A program made the translations under genes and the position numbers. A stretch of DNA of 38,932 nt, from assembly GCA_036394235.1 (NCBI GenBank), contig DASWFM010000103.1, positions 1 to 38,932 of the forward strand, in the 5' to 3' direction. Below, piece after piece: positions 16,139 through 25,811 of the stretch; the first letter of the stretch is position 1, and the number at the start of each line of letters is the position of its first letter. Origin of the DNA: Solirubrobacteraceae bacterium (GTDB taxonomy: Bacteria; Actinomycetota; Thermoleophilia; Solirubrobacterales; Solirubrobacteraceae). Below the pieces are notes generated by a model. It made no database searches and was not told where the DNA came from. It saw only the letters and a program-made list of their open reading frames with translations.

Positions 16139-17536
16139 ATGGCGCGTGAGAACGAGAAGATTCCAACGTCTCGGGTGAGGCGCACCGCGACCGTCGCCAC
16201 GCTCGCGGCGAGCGAGGCCGTCAAGCAGTTCGGGACCCGCGCCGCCAACGTCACGCGCGACGAGGAGGCCGCCGAGGAGGCGATGTCCCGGCGCCAGCTC
16301 GAGACGGCCAAGCAGATCGTCGCGGTGCTGGGGACGATGAAGGGCGCTGCGATGAAGCTCGGACAGGTGATGTCCTTCCTCGACGTCGGCCTCGTCCCCG
16401 AGGAGCACCGCGAAGAGTTCCAGCACGAGCTCGCGAAGCTCCGCGACGCGGCGCCGACCGTCTCCTTCAAGCAGATGCGGCGGGTGATCGAGGACGACCT
16501 GGAAGAGAACCTCGACGAGGTCTTCTCCGAATTCGACCCGGTCCCGATCGCCGCCGCCTCGATCGGGCAGGTCTATCGCGCCCGCCTCGCCCGCGACGGG
16601 CGCGAGGTCGCCGTGAAGGTGCAGTACCCCGGGGTCGCGAGCGCGGTGAGGGCGGACATGCAGAACCTGGACATGATCATGCGGCTGCTCAAGCGCATGA
16701 CGCCGGGCCTGGACGTCAAGGCCGTGACCACCGAGATCCGCGAACGCATCGAGGAGGAGCTCGACTACGAGCTCGAGGCCCAGAACCAGCGCTCTCTCGC
16801 GCGGATCTTCGCGGGCCACCCGTTCATCGTCGTGCCGGAGGTCATCACCTCGCTGACCCGCGAGCGGGTGCTCGTCAGCGAGTACGTCAACGGCATCGGC
16901 TTCGAGCAGCTCAAGAAGCGATCGCAGGCCGAGCGCGACCATCTCGGCGAGATCATCTTCCGGTTCTTCCTCGGGTCCCTCTACCGTCACCACCAGTTCT
17001 CCGGCGATCCACACCCCGGCAACTTCCTGCAGCTCGAGGAGGGCCGCGTGGCGTTCCTCGACTTCGGGCTGTTCAAGCGCATGGATGCCGCCGCCGTGGA
17101 GCTCGAGCTGGCATGCCAGCGCGCGGTCGTCGAGGAAGACGCTGCGACTCTGCACGCACTGCTCGCCGAGTCGGGCTTCCTGCCCGAACCGGATCGTGTC
17201 GACCCCGAGAACCTGCTCGCCTTCATCCGCGACGCGATCTGGTGGTACACGTGTGACCGCGAGGTGCAGCTGACGCCGGAGATCGCCACGAAGGTCATGA
17301 TCGAGAGCTCGGACCCCCGCTCCACCCACTTCCGGGAGATGCGCCACCAGGACATGCGCCCCGAGCATCTCTTCGGGCGGCGCATGGAGATGCTTACGCT
17401 GGCCGTGCTGGGGCAGCTACGAGCGAAAGCCAACTGGCACCGTATCGCCCGGGAGTGGATGTACGGCGATGATCCGGTCACGGAGCTCGGCCGCCAGGAG
17501 GCCGGCTTCTACGCCGGCCTGAGTCCCGCCCGCTAG
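16139..17536 (+). CDS. AarF/ABC1/UbiB family atypical kinase
   Basis: 'KGAAMKLGQ', 'PIAAASIGQVYRA', 'VAVKVQYPGV', 'ELDYELEA', 'DPHPGNF' and 'LDFG'. Confidence 0.93.
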   Translation: MARENEKIPTSRVRRTATVATLAASEAVKQFGTRAANVTRDEEAAEEAMSRRQLETAKQIVAVLGTMKGAAMKLGQVMSFLDVGLVPEEHREEFQHELAKLRDAAPTVSFKQMRRVIEDDLEENLDEVFSEFDPVPIAAASIGQVYRARLARDGREVAVKVQYPGVASAVRADMQNLDMIMRLLKRMTPGLDVKAVTTEIRERIEEELDYELEAQNQRSLARIFAGHPFIVVPEVITSLTRERVLVSEYVNGIGFEQLKKRSQAERDHLGEIIFRFFLGSLYRHHQFSGDPHPGNFLQLEEGRVAFLDFGLFKRMDAAAVELELACQRAVVEEDAATLHALLAESGFLPEPDRVDPENLLAFIRDAIWWYTCDREVQLTPEIATKVMIESSDPRSTHFREMRHQDMRPEHLFGRRMEMLTLAVLGQLRAKANWHRIAREWMYGDDPVTELGRQEAGFYAGLSPAR

Positions 17537-17570
17537 GCATCCCGCCTCGCGATCGGGGATCATCCCGAGG

Positions 17571-19676
17571 ATGGATCTCGGTCACGCTCGCAAGATCCTC
17601 AACGTCGCCCACAGCGCCTTCATCTCGATGGACGAAGAGGGGCGGATCACCTATTGGAACATCCGCGCCGAAGAGACCTTCGGGCGCACCCGCGAGCAGG
17701 TTCTCGGCGAGAGCGCGATTGACCTGATCGTCCCGGAGCGCTACCGCGAGCCGCTGCGCCGCGGCTTCAGGCGCTTCAAAGCGGGAGGTGAGACGCGGCT
17801 GCTGGATCACCGCAGCGAACAGCGCGCCGTGCGGGCCGACGGCAGCGAGTTCCCGGTCGAACTGATCGTCTCGGCGGTCCCGGAGGGTGAGGGCTTCTCG
17901 TTTCATGCGTTCATCACCGACATCTCCGAGCGAAGGGAGCAGGAGGCCGAGCGCCAGCGGCTGCTCGATCAGCTCGAGAAGGCCCTCGCGGGGAGCGAGC
18001 AGCGCCTCCAGGCGATCGTCGACTCGCTGGCGGAGGCGATCACGATCAGGGGCCGGGACGACCGCATCGTCTACGCCAACCGCGCGGCGCTCGAGCGCAT
18101 GGGCTTCTCCTCGGTGGACGAGCTGAGCAACGCCGATCCCCGCGCTCTGATGGGCAGCTACCTGACCTTCAGCGAGGACGGCGGCGAGATCGACATGGAC
18201 GACCTTCCCTCGATGCGTCTGCTGCGCGGCGAGGTTCCCCGCCCGCTGACAATGCGGACGATCGACCCTCGGACCGGATCGGAGTCCTGGGTGCTCCTGA
18301 AGGCCACGCCGGTGCGCGATGCGCAGGGCGAGATCGAGGCTGCCGTCACGATCATCGAGGACATCACGGTGAGCAAGCGCATGCAGCTGCGCAGCGACTT
18401 CCTGGCCCGCTCCGGCACCGTGCTCGCCTCCTCCCTGGACTACCAGCAGACGCTGCGCAACGTCGCGGGACTCGCCGTGCCGCAGATCGCCGACTGGTGC
18501 GGGGTGGACCTGTTCGATGCGGACGGCCGGCGAGAGCGCGTCGCGGTCGCCCACGTCGACCCGGCGCGGCTCGAGATGGCCACGCGCCTGCGCGAGTTCG
18601 AGCCCGAGCAGCTCGACCCGGACACCGGTCTCGGCCTCGTGCTGAGGACCGGCGAGCCCGTCCTCTACAACGACATATCCGACGAGATGCTCCTCGGGGC
18701 GGCCGTCAACGAGGAGCACCTTGGGCTGCTGCGGGAGGTCGGCATGCGCGCGGTGCTGATCGTGCCGATGGCGGTCAGGGGGCGCACGATCGGAACACTG
18801 ACCCTCGTCAGCGCCGAATCGGGCCGTGCCTTCGACGAGTCAGACGTCGAGTTCGCCGCGCAGATCGGCGAGCGCGCCGCGTTGGCCGTCGAGAACGCAC
18901 GGCTCTACAGCGAGCGCTCGCAGATCGCCCGCACGCTGCAGGACAGCCTGCTGCCGGAAGCGCTGCCGGAGCTGGCCGAGTGGGAGATCGCGGCCCTCTA
19001 CAGGCCCGCCGCTCGGGAGAGCGACGTGGGTGGCGATTTCTACGAGTTCTGGGAGGTGGACGGCGACTGGCTGATGATGATCGGCGACGTGACCGGGAAG
19101 GGGGTCCGTGCCGCGGCGGTGACTTCGCTCGTCCGTCACACGGCCTGGGCCGCCTCAGAATTCGACTCGCGGCCGGCGAAGGTGCTCGAACGGGTCAACG
19201 CCGCGATGCGGCGCCGGCCCGGGCTGTCTGTCTGCACGGCCCTGTGCCTGCGCATCCAGGGCGCCCACGCGACGGTCGCTTCGGGCGGACACCCCCTGTT
19301 GTGGCGCCTGGGCGAGAGCGGCGTGCAGGAGGTCGGGCGTCACGGCACGCTGCTCGGTGCGTTCCCCAGCGTGCAGTGGCCGGAAGAGACGTTCGAGATG
19401 CGTCCCGGCGAAACGCTCGTCGCGATCACGGACGGCGTCACCGACACGCTCGGCAGCGGCGATGAGCGCTTCGGCAACGGCCGCTTTCGCGAGCTGCTGA
19501 TGGATGTCAGGCTCCAGTCCCCGGCGGCGATCCGCGAACGGGTGATCGCGGCGCTCGAGCAGTTCCAGGTCGGCGCGCAGGCCGACGACACCGCCCTGGT
19601 CGCGATGCGCCACTCATCACAGCCCGCGATCCGCGATCAGCTTCACGCCGTCGCCGGCCCGGAAGCCGGGGTGTAG
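17571..19676 (+). CDS. PAS-PAS-GAF-SpoIIE (PP2C) serine phosphatase, RsbU/RsbP-like
   Basis: Two PAS domains ('WNIRAEETFG', 'YANRAA'), a GAF domain, then 'LQDSLLP', 'VGGDFY', 'IGDVTGKG', 'TDGVTD' and 'ADDTALV'. Confidence 0.93.
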   Translation: MDLGHARKILNVAHSAFISMDEEGRITYWNIRAEETFGRTREQVLGESAIDLIVPERYREPLRRGFRRFKAGGETRLLDHRSEQRAVRADGSEFPVELIVSAVPEGEGFSFHAFITDISERREQEAERQRLLDQLEKALAGSEQRLQAIVDSLAEAITIRGRDDRIVYANRAALERMGFSSVDELSNADPRALMGSYLTFSEDGGEIDMDDLPSMRLLRGEVPRPLTMRTIDPRTGSESWVLLKATPVRDAQGEIEAAVTIIEDITVSKRMQLRSDFLARSGTVLASSLDYQQTLRNVAGLAVPQIADWCGVDLFDADGRRERVAVAHVDPARLEMATRLREFEPEQLDPDTGLGLVLRTGEPVLYNDISDEMLLGAAVNEEHLGLLREVGMRAVLIVPMAVRGRTIGTLTLVSAESGRAFDESDVEFAAQIGERAALAVENARLYSERSQIARTLQDSLLPEALPELAEWEIAALYRPAARESDVGGDFYEFWEVDGDWLMMIGDVTGKGVRAAAVTSLVRHTAWAASEFDSRPAKVLERVNAAMRRRPGLSVCTALCLRIQGAHATVASGGHPLLWRLGESGVQEVGRHGTLLGAFPSVQWPEETFEMRPGETLVAITDGVTDTLGSGDERFGNGRFRELLMDVRLQSPAAIRERVIAALEQFQVGAQADDTALVAMRHSSQPAIRDQLHAVAGPEAGV

Positions 19677-19682
19677 GGTCCG

Positions 19683-20018
19683 ATGGCGATTGCGCGATCG
19701 CTGGAGATAGACGAGGACGTCGCCGGCGCCGACGCCCGGCTGACACTCCGCGGGGAGCTGGACATCGCCACCGTGCCCCTGCTCCAGGAGGCGGTGGCGG
19801 CCGCGCTCGAGCGCTCGCCCAGCGAGCTCACGATCGACCTGCGGACACTCTCCTTCCTCGACTCCTCGGGGTTGCGGCAGTTCATCCTGCTGGCCGAGCG
19901 CGCGCAGCAAGAGGGCTGGCGGCTCGCGCTTGTGCGTCCCGGGCCACCGGCGCTGTCGATCTTCCAGGTAACACGAGCCGAGGAGAACCTTCCGTTCGTC
20001 GACGAGCCGCCGAGATGA
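19683..20018 (+). CDS. STAS-domain anti-anti-sigma factor (RsbV-like)
   Basis: 'LRGELDIAT', 'IDLRTLSFLDSSGL' with the phosphorylatable Ser. Confidence 0.92.
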   Translation: MAIARSLEIDEDVAGADARLTLRGELDIATVPLLQEAVAAALERSPSELTIDLRTLSFLDSSGLRQFILLAERAQQEGWRLALVRPGPPALSIFQVTRAEENLPFVDEPPR

Positions 20019-20425
20019 CGATGGCGGGCGACGCCGCCGGTTCGGTGGGATCGCTGAGCATTGAGCTCGAGCGCAACGTACGCGCCCCGGCGATCGCCCG
20101 CGCCGCGGTCTCCGAGCAGCTGCTGGCGACCGGCATCGACGGATCGCTCGGCCAGACGATCGTGCTGCTCGTCTCCGAGGTGGTCTCCAACGCCGTGCGC
20201 CATTCGAGCGGTCCCGCCGACGCAGCGATCGGCCTCGAGGCGACCGTCACTCCCCAAGCTGTTCGGATCGCAGTGACCGACGCGGGCGAGGGGTTCGCGC
20301 CCCGCCCCCGCGACGCGAACAGGCCCGGCGAAGGCTACGGCCTGTTCCTGCTCGAGAAAGCCGCGCGGACGTGGGGCGTCGAGGGCGACGGCGGCACGAC
20401 CGTCTGGTTCGAGCTCGACCGCTAG
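20015..20425 (+). CDS. HATPase_c anti-sigma factor / Ser kinase (RsbW-like)
   Basis: 'LLVSEVVSNAVRH', 'VTDAGEGF', 'GYGLFLL' and 'WGV..GGTTVWFEL'. ATGA overlap with the STAS gene. Confidence 0.9.
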   Translation: MTMAGDAAGSVGSLSIELERNVRAPAIARAAVSEQLLATGIDGSLGQTIVLLVSEVVSNAVRHSSGPADAAIGLEATVTPQAVRIAVTDAGEGFAPRPRDANRPGEGYGLFLLEKAARTWGVEGDGGTTVWFELDR

Positions 20426-20474
20426 AGGAGTCCTCTCGGCGGAGGAGGGGCCGAGCCCATCGTCCGCGCGCCGC

Positions 20475-21884
20475 TCACAGCACCTGGATCTGGAAGAGGC
20501 TCGTCGTGCCGGGCCGCCCCGATGGAAGGCCGGCGGTAATGCCTACGCGCTGTCCGGTACGGCACCAGCCGAGCTCGACCACGCGCCGCGCCGAGTCGGC
20601 GATCAGCGCCTCGGTGGTCTCATGCCGCTGCATCGAGGCAGCCTGGACGCCCCACATCAGTCCGCACCGGCGGACCGTCTCCCGCCCCGGGGAGAGCGCG
20701 TAGATCGGCACCGTCGGGCGATGGGCGGAGACGAGCCGCGCGGAGCGGCCCGACAGTGTGGGTACCACCAGCGCGTCGAGCCGCAGCTCCCGGGCCGCGT
20801 CGCAGAGGTTGTGGGCGATCGTGTAGGCCGGGTCGGAGACCGTGCGGCGCACCCGCGACTCGTTCCAGCGCTCATACGGGGCGATCGACTCCGCCTGCTC
20901 GGCGACGGCCGCCATCATCGCGACCGCCTCGACGGGGTAGGACCCGATCGCCGTCTCCTGGGAGAGCATCACGGCGTCGGTACCGTCGAGGATCGCGTTC
21001 GCGACATCCGCGACCTCCGCGCGGGTCGGGCGCGAGGAGCTGACCATCGAGTCGAGCATCTGGGTCGCCGTGATCGAAGGCCGCGCCCTGAGCCCGGCCA
21101 GCTCGAGCAGCTGCTTCTGCACGACGGGCACCTGTGCGATCGGCAGCTCGATGCCGAGGTCTCCGCGGGCGACCATCACGCAGTCCGCCGCGTGGATGAT
21201 CTCCTCGGCTCGCTCGACCGCCTGGGGCTTCTCGATCTTCGCGATCAGCGGCAGGCGCGTGTGCTCCCGCACCGTTTCGACGTCCTGCGGCGAGCGCACG
21301 AAGGACAGCGCCACCATGTCGACGCCGATCGACTCGCCGTGGCCGAGCATCGCCAGGTCCTCCTCCGGCACCGCGGGGAGTTCGTCGACGGGTCCCGGGA
21401 TGTTCAGGCCCTGGCGTGAAGCGACCGCACCGCCCACCTCAATCTCCGTTTCGACCTCGCACTCGGCGGTCCTCACCGCCGTGACGCGAAGACGCACCGA
21501 GCCGTCGGCGAGGTACAGCACCGAGTCGGGTTCCACGGCCTCGGGGAGGCCCGGCCAGGAGATCGACATGCTGTGCGCATCGCCCGGCGAGTCGCCGTCG
21601 CCGCAGACGATCGTCAGGCGTTCGCCGGCGGTCAGCTCGACGACGTCCTCGCGCAGCGGCCCGATTCGCAGCTTGGGGCCGGGCAGGTCCTGCAGGATCG
21701 CCACCGGCCGCCCCGCCCGACCCGCCGCGTCGCGGACCCGGAGCGCGGTCTCGGCGTGCTCCTCGAGGGTGCCGTGCGAGTAGTTCAGCCGGGCGACATC
21801 CATGCCGGCCTCGACGAGGCGCAGCAGCGTGTCGGGATCCCGCGAGGCGGGACCGATCGTCGCGACGATCTTGGTACGGCGCAT
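20475..21884 (-). CDS. pyk: Pyruvate kinase
   Basis: 'MRRTKIVATIGPAS', 'RLNYSHG', 'DLPGPKLR', 'IAKIEK', 'MVARGDLG', 'ATQMLDSM' and 'DGTDAVMLS.ETA.G'. Confidence 0.97.
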   Translation of the reverse strand: MRRTKIVATIGPASRDPDTLLRLVEAGMDVARLNYSHGTLEEHAETALRVRDAAGRAGRPVAILQDLPGPKLRIGPLREDVVELTAGERLTIVCGDGDSPGDAHSMSISWPGLPEAVEPDSVLYLADGSVRLRVTAVRTAECEVETEIEVGGAVASRQGLNIPGPVDELPAVPEEDLAMLGHGESIGVDMVALSFVRSPQDVETVREHTRLPLIAKIEKPQAVERAEEIIHAADCVMVARGDLGIELPIAQVPVVQKQLLELAGLRARPSITATQMLDSMVSSSRPTRAEVADVANAILDGTDAVMLSQETAIGSYPVEAVAMMAAVAEQAESIAPYERWNESRVRRTVSDPAYTIAHNLCDAARELRLDALVVPTLSGRSARLVSAHRPTVPIYALSPGRETVRRCGLMWGVQAASMQRHETTEALIADSARRVVELGWCRTGQRVGITAGLPSGRPGTTSLFQIQVL

Positions 21885-21960
21885 GCCCGCACGGTATCGG
21901 GCGCGACGCCCGCGCCTGGACATCTGGAAGCATCGCCCCGTGCCGGTTCCCTCCCGCCCC

Positions 21961-22170
21961 ATGCCCCGCGTCGGAGATCGCGCGAGGGTCGCCCATTTCG
22001 GGGGCGGCTTCGAGCAGGCCGTGATCATGTGGGTGGCCGACGAGGGCCGGCGCCTGCAGGTCCGCACGGAGGGCGGCGAGCTGCTCGAGTTCGCGCTCAG
22101 CCCTGCGACCGCGCGATTCGTCTCGGGCGGCACCGGCGGACCGCGGCTGGAGCTGCTCGAGGGACGCTAG
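21961..22170 (+). CDS. Small hypothetical protein (beta-rich, SH3-like pattern)
   Basis: MPRVGDRARVAHFGGG..AVIMWV...GRRLQVRT.GGELLEFAL fills the gap between pyk and the next gene. The start is uncertain. Confidence 0.55.
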   Translation: MPRVGDRARVAHFGGGFEQAVIMWVADEGRRLQVRTEGGELLEFALSPATARFVSGGTGGPRLELLEGR

Positions 22171-22529
22171 GGCACGTCCACGTCCGGGAAGTGCTCGGCG
22201 CAGTGCGCCCGGAGCGTGTCGCGAACCCACTGACGCTCGGCCGGGCCGGCCATGCGCAGCCGCCCCAGCAGCTCGCGCTGGCCCGCGGTGGGGACGCCGG
22301 AAACGGTCCAGCGCACCGCCAGGCGCTCGAACAGCAGCTCAAGGGCCCGCTGCTCGGCGTCATCGCGCGAGAGCGGGGAGCCGGCCAGCGCCGCCGCGTA
22401 CTCGCGCCTCGAACCGGTCGTCAGCGAGCCGCGCAGGACGAGCACGTTGCCCGCGTCGTCCTGATACGAGCTCTCGGGGGCACTCGGGGCCGCCGTGCCG
22501 GCGCGGCGGCGGCGCGTGCGGCGCCCCAC
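22167..22529 (-). CDS. Hypothetical protein (120 aa)
   Basis: Starts 1 nt after the stop of the upstream minus-strand gene. Protein-like ('LRGSLT..SRREY', 'FERLAVRW', 'H..EHFP'). Confidence 0.75.
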   Translation of the reverse strand: MGRRTRRRRAGTAAPSAPESSYQDDAGNVLVLRGSLTTGSRREYAAALAGSPLSRDDAEQRALELLFERLAVRWTVSGVPTAGQRELLGRLRMAGPAERQWVRDTLRAHCAEHFPDVDVP

Positions 22530-22530
22530 C

Positions 22531-23808
22531 TCAGGAGTCGGCGGCCGCGAGCAGCTGCGTCCGTACGTCCCCCGTCACCGGCTTCGCGTGTCCAGGCCAG
22601 GCCGCCGCGGGTTCCATCTCGGCGAGCTTGCGGACGCTTTCCCGTGCCCGCTCGGTGTCGTAGTTGTAGAGCGGCATCGGCACCTGCGGAGCCATGTCCC
22701 GTCCCCAGATGTCCAGCGTGTAGAAGCAGTCGCTGACGAGCGCCAAGCGATCCGATTCCCGCCACAGGCCGATCTGGCCGGGTGCATGGCCGGGCAGATC
22801 GATCACCCTGAAGCCCGCCACCTCGTCCCCCTCGGTGAGTGTCCCCTCGATCTTCACCGGTCCGCCGTCCCAGGCGTAGCGGTGCAGCAGCTGGTGCAGC
22901 CGGCGGTGGCCGAAGGGTAGCCCGGCGAGACCCTCGGGCCAGTAGCGAAAGCCACCGCTGCCTTCGGCGTCCTCGATCTCGTCCGGGTGGCAGAGCACCG
23001 GCACGCCCAGCGCAGGTGCGGTGCCACGGTGATCGGTGTGGCCATGCCCGAGCACGATCCTGCGGATGCCGCCCAGCTTCGCAGCGGCGCTCGACACGGC
23101 CCGCGTCATCGTTCGGGCGCCGGCGTCGAACAGGGTCACGCCGCCTTCGTCCTCGAGCAGGTAGACGTTGCAGCGGGCCGGCTGCCCCTGCACGATCCAG
23201 ATGCCCTCCGCGACGAGCTCAGCCTCACCGGCGGCGAGGCCGCCGGTGAGCCGGGTCTTGGCGTTGAAGGCGCCCGTCATCCGCTGTTCGGCGGGCGATC
23301 CCTGCGTCGGCATCATGCCGACCTGGCGCGCGAAGGTCATGCTGTCCGTGAAGGCGTCGTTGTGCTCGATCAGCCCGTCGCGCACGGACACGAGGTCGAA
23401 GCCTTCGATGTCCAGAACCTTGCCGGTCGGAGTGACGCCGCCGAAGCTCCCCGGCCCCGCGAAGGTGCCGCGCAGCCGCCAGTGAACGCCGCAGCGATCG
23501 CCCTCGGAGGTCGTCGAGACGACCTCCATTTTGAGGTCGGGGACCGCGTCGATCAGCTCGCCGAGAAAACCCCGCACGCCCTCGGGCGCGATCGCATCGA
23601 TGCGCCCGCGCACGTCGTCGTGGCCACCGGGCGCCCACAGGGCGACGGCGCCATCGAGGTCGCGCTGGTCGATCGCCGCGAAGTAGCGCCTTGCGACTCC
23701 CTCGGCCTTGCTGCCCGAGATCCGTTTGCGGCCGGCTGCCGCCTGCTCGACATTCGCGGCCACCTCCTCGACCTTGGTGCTCGCCCCCGTCGCCTTCCGC
23801 TCGGCCAT
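22531..23808 (-). CDS. Fusion: N-terminal SnoaL/NTF2-like (ester cyclase) domain + C-terminal MBL-fold hydrolase
   Basis: N-terminal 'ARRYFAAI..RDLD...WAP', 'AVPDL', 'WRLRGTF.G..FGGV.PTGK...IEG.D...VRDGLI'. C-terminal 'GHGHTDH', 'PGHAPG', 'SDCF' and 'WPGH'. One continuous ORF. Confidence 0.85.
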   Translation of the reverse strand: MAERKATGASTKVEEVAANVEQAAAGRKRISGSKAEGVARRYFAAIDQRDLDGAVALWAPGGHDDVRGRIDAIAPEGVRGFLGELIDAVPDLKMEVVSTTSEGDRCGVHWRLRGTFAGPGSFGGVTPTGKVLDIEGFDLVSVRDGLIEHNDAFTDSMTFARQVGMMPTQGSPAEQRMTGAFNAKTRLTGGLAAGEAELVAEGIWIVQGQPARCNVYLLEDEGGVTLFDAGARTMTRAVSSAAAKLGGIRRIVLGHGHTDHRGTAPALGVPVLCHPDEIEDAEGSGGFRYWPEGLAGLPFGHRRLHQLLHRYAWDGGPVKIEGTLTEGDEVAGFRVIDLPGHAPGQIGLWRESDRLALVSDCFYTLDIWGRDMAPQVPMPLYNYDTERARESVRKLAEMEPAAAWPGHAKPVTGDVRTQLLAAADS

Positions 23809-23857
23809 GCCCGCCCTCCTTTACGCCGCTGAACGGCCGTAGTCTAGTCTCCGCCGC

Positions 23858-24850
23858 GTGGCAGAGGTGACCAGCCGGGGCGAGCTCGGCCGTGGTGAAC
23901 GCATCATGCGGGGGGTCTACCGGCTGCGCCTGCCACTGCCGTGGCCGGGTGTGCCGCACTGCAACGCCTGGGCGCTCTCATCGGGGGACGGCTTCGTGCT
24001 CGTCGACACCGGTATCCACGACGAGCAGTCGATGGCCCACCTCGAACGTGCCCTTGCGATGTGCAACCTGCGCCTCGAGGATGCGCGCCTCGTCGTCTGC
24101 ACCCACGCCCACTCCGACCACTGCGGCCAGGCCATGCCGATCGTCGAACGGGCCGGCTGCGAGCTGTGGATGCACCCCAGCCACGAGCTGATGAACCGTC
24201 TCGTCGAAGATCCCGACGCGGTGCTCGCGCGGCGCCTGGAGGTAGCGCGCCAGAGCGGCGTCCCCGAGGAGCCGCTGCGCCGCTATGCGGCCGAGCGCGG
24301 CAGCTCCACCCCGCTGATCGTCGGGCCGTTGCGGGCCGACCGCGAGCTGCTCGACGGCGTGACCGTGCAGAGCGACCTGGGCGAGTGGGTGACGTATGAG
24401 ACGCCGGGTCACGCGCCATCGCACGTCTGCCTGTTCCAGCCCGAGCGACGCCTGCTGATCTCCGGCGATCACCTGCTGGGACGGATCTCCCTGTACTTCG
24501 AGTACGGCTACTCGCCGAATCCCGTCGGCGAGTTCCTGCACTCCCTGGATGTCGTGGAGCGGCTCGGGGCGCGCCTCTGCCTGGCGGGCCACGGGCGAAC
24601 CTTCACCGACGTCCATGCGCACATCCACGGCAACCGCGCGCTCGTCGAGGAGCACCTGTACGAGGTGCTGCAGGCCGTCGGGGGCAGCGAGCTGACGGCC
24701 TTCGACGTAGTCGGCGCCGTCTACGGCGACTCGCTCTCCCAGCAGAACGGACAGTGGCTGCTCTCGCAGACCCTGGGCTACCTCACGCATCTGGAGAGCA
24801 CCGGCGGCGTGCGGCGGATCGCCGGCGAGCCCGAGCGCTGGACGGCATAA
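23858..24850 (+). CDS. MBL-fold metallo-hydrolase with C-terminal winged-helix-like extension
   Basis: 'LVDTG', 'THAHSDHCG', 'TPGHAPSH', 'SGDHLL' and 'LAGHG'. Confidence 0.9.
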   Translation: MAEVTSRGELGRGERIMRGVYRLRLPLPWPGVPHCNAWALSSGDGFVLVDTGIHDEQSMAHLERALAMCNLRLEDARLVVCTHAHSDHCGQAMPIVERAGCELWMHPSHELMNRLVEDPDAVLARRLEVARQSGVPEEPLRRYAAERGSSTPLIVGPLRADRELLDGVTVQSDLGEWVTYETPGHAPSHVCLFQPERRLLISGDHLLGRISLYFEYGYSPNPVGEFLHSLDVVERLGARLCLAGHGRTFTDVHAHIHGNRALVEEHLYEVLQAVGGSELTAFDVVGAVYGDSLSQQNGQWLLSQTLGYLTHLESTGGVRRIAGEPERWTA

Positions 24851-24857
24851 TCTCCAG

Positions 24858-25811
24858 ATGCGAATCGATCAGATCCTCGCCGCCGACGGGGCGGGTGGGC
24901 CTTCATTCTCCTTCGAGTTCTTCCCGCCGAAGACGGAGCAGGGCGAGCAGAACCTGTACGCGGCGCTCACGGACCTACGTCCCCTGGAACCGGCCTTCGT
25001 CTCGGTCACCTACGGGGCGGGAGGCTCGACGCGGGAGAAGACGATCGAGATCGTCAAGCGTCTGAAGGAGGAGTGGGGGCTCGAGGCGATGGCGCACTTC
25101 ACCTGCGTAGGCGCGACGGTGGACGAGCTGAGGACGACGCTCGACGAGATGCAGGACGCGGGCATCGACAACGTGCTGGCCTTGCGCGGGGACCCCCCGG
25201 CGGGCGAGAGCGAGTGGACGAAGACGGAGGGCGGCCTCGAGTACTCGCGGGAGCTGGTCGAGCTGATCGCGGCCGACTATCCGTTCGCGATCGGCGCGGC
25301 GTGCTTCCCGGAGACGCACATCCACGCGACCAGCCCCGAAGACGACCTGCGCTACCTCGGCGAGAAGGTCCAGGCCGGCGTCGACTTCCTGATCACCCAG
25401 GTGTTCTTCGAGAACTCCTTCTACTTCGACTTCGTGGCGCGTGCTCGCGCTGCGGGGATCAAGGCCCCGATCATCCCCGGGATCATGCCCATCACCCGGG
25501 TCGGGCAGGTCGAGAGGATGGCGGAGATGTGCGGCTCGGCGATCCCCGACTCATTGCGGGGCGAGCTGCATGGCCGCGCCGAGGACGCCGAGGCGGTGCT
25601 CGACTTCGGCGTGGCCTATGCGACGCTTCAGTGCGCCGAGCTGCTCGCCGCCGGCGCGCCGGGGATCCACTTCTACACGCTCAACCGCTCGCCCGCTACA
25701 CGGGCGATCCTCGGTGCCCTGAAGCTCTCCCGGCCGTGGGAGAGGGTCGTCTACCCCAGCTCGATCTCGAGCCCCTCGGCTACCCGCGGCGAGCCGTCGG
25801 CGGCCTCGTAG
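24858..25811 (+). CDS. metF: 5,10-methylenetetrahydrofolate reductase
   Basis: 'SFEFFPPKT', 'SVTYGAGGS', 'AHFTC', 'LALRGDPP', 'FPETH', 'ITQVFF' and 'HFYTLN'. Confidence 0.96.
   Translation: MRIDQILAADGAGGPSFSFEFFPPKTEQGEQNLYAALTDLRPLEPAFVSVTYGAGGSTREKTIEIVKRLKEEWGLEAMAHFTCVGATVDELRTTLDEMQDAGIDNVLALRGDPPAGESEWTKTEGGLEYSRELVELIAADYPFAIGAACFPETHIHATSPEDDLRYLGEKVQAGVDFLITQVFFENSFYFDFVARARAAGIKAPIIPGIMPITRVGQVERMAEMCGSAIPDSLRGELHGRAEDAEAVLDFGVAYATLQCAELLAAGAPGIHFYTLNRSPATRAILGALKLSRPWERVVYPSSISSPSATRGEPSAAS

Noticed and set aside
20475..22133. Long N-terminal extensions on pyk, and on pfkB, the quinone oxidoreductase, NUDIX and the MBL gene at 15011, as given by the ORF track
   Set aside because: Family homology begins at downstream starts (21884, 31074, 31136, 6658, 15299). 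The first four have a TANNNT just upstream and the last follows the purD stop directly.
24840..24860. SAM riboswitch ahead of metF, or a purine/ZTP riboswitch ahead of purD
   Set aside because: The intergenic gaps are only 7 bp and 35 bp and the genes appear leaderless, so there is no room for an aptamer.
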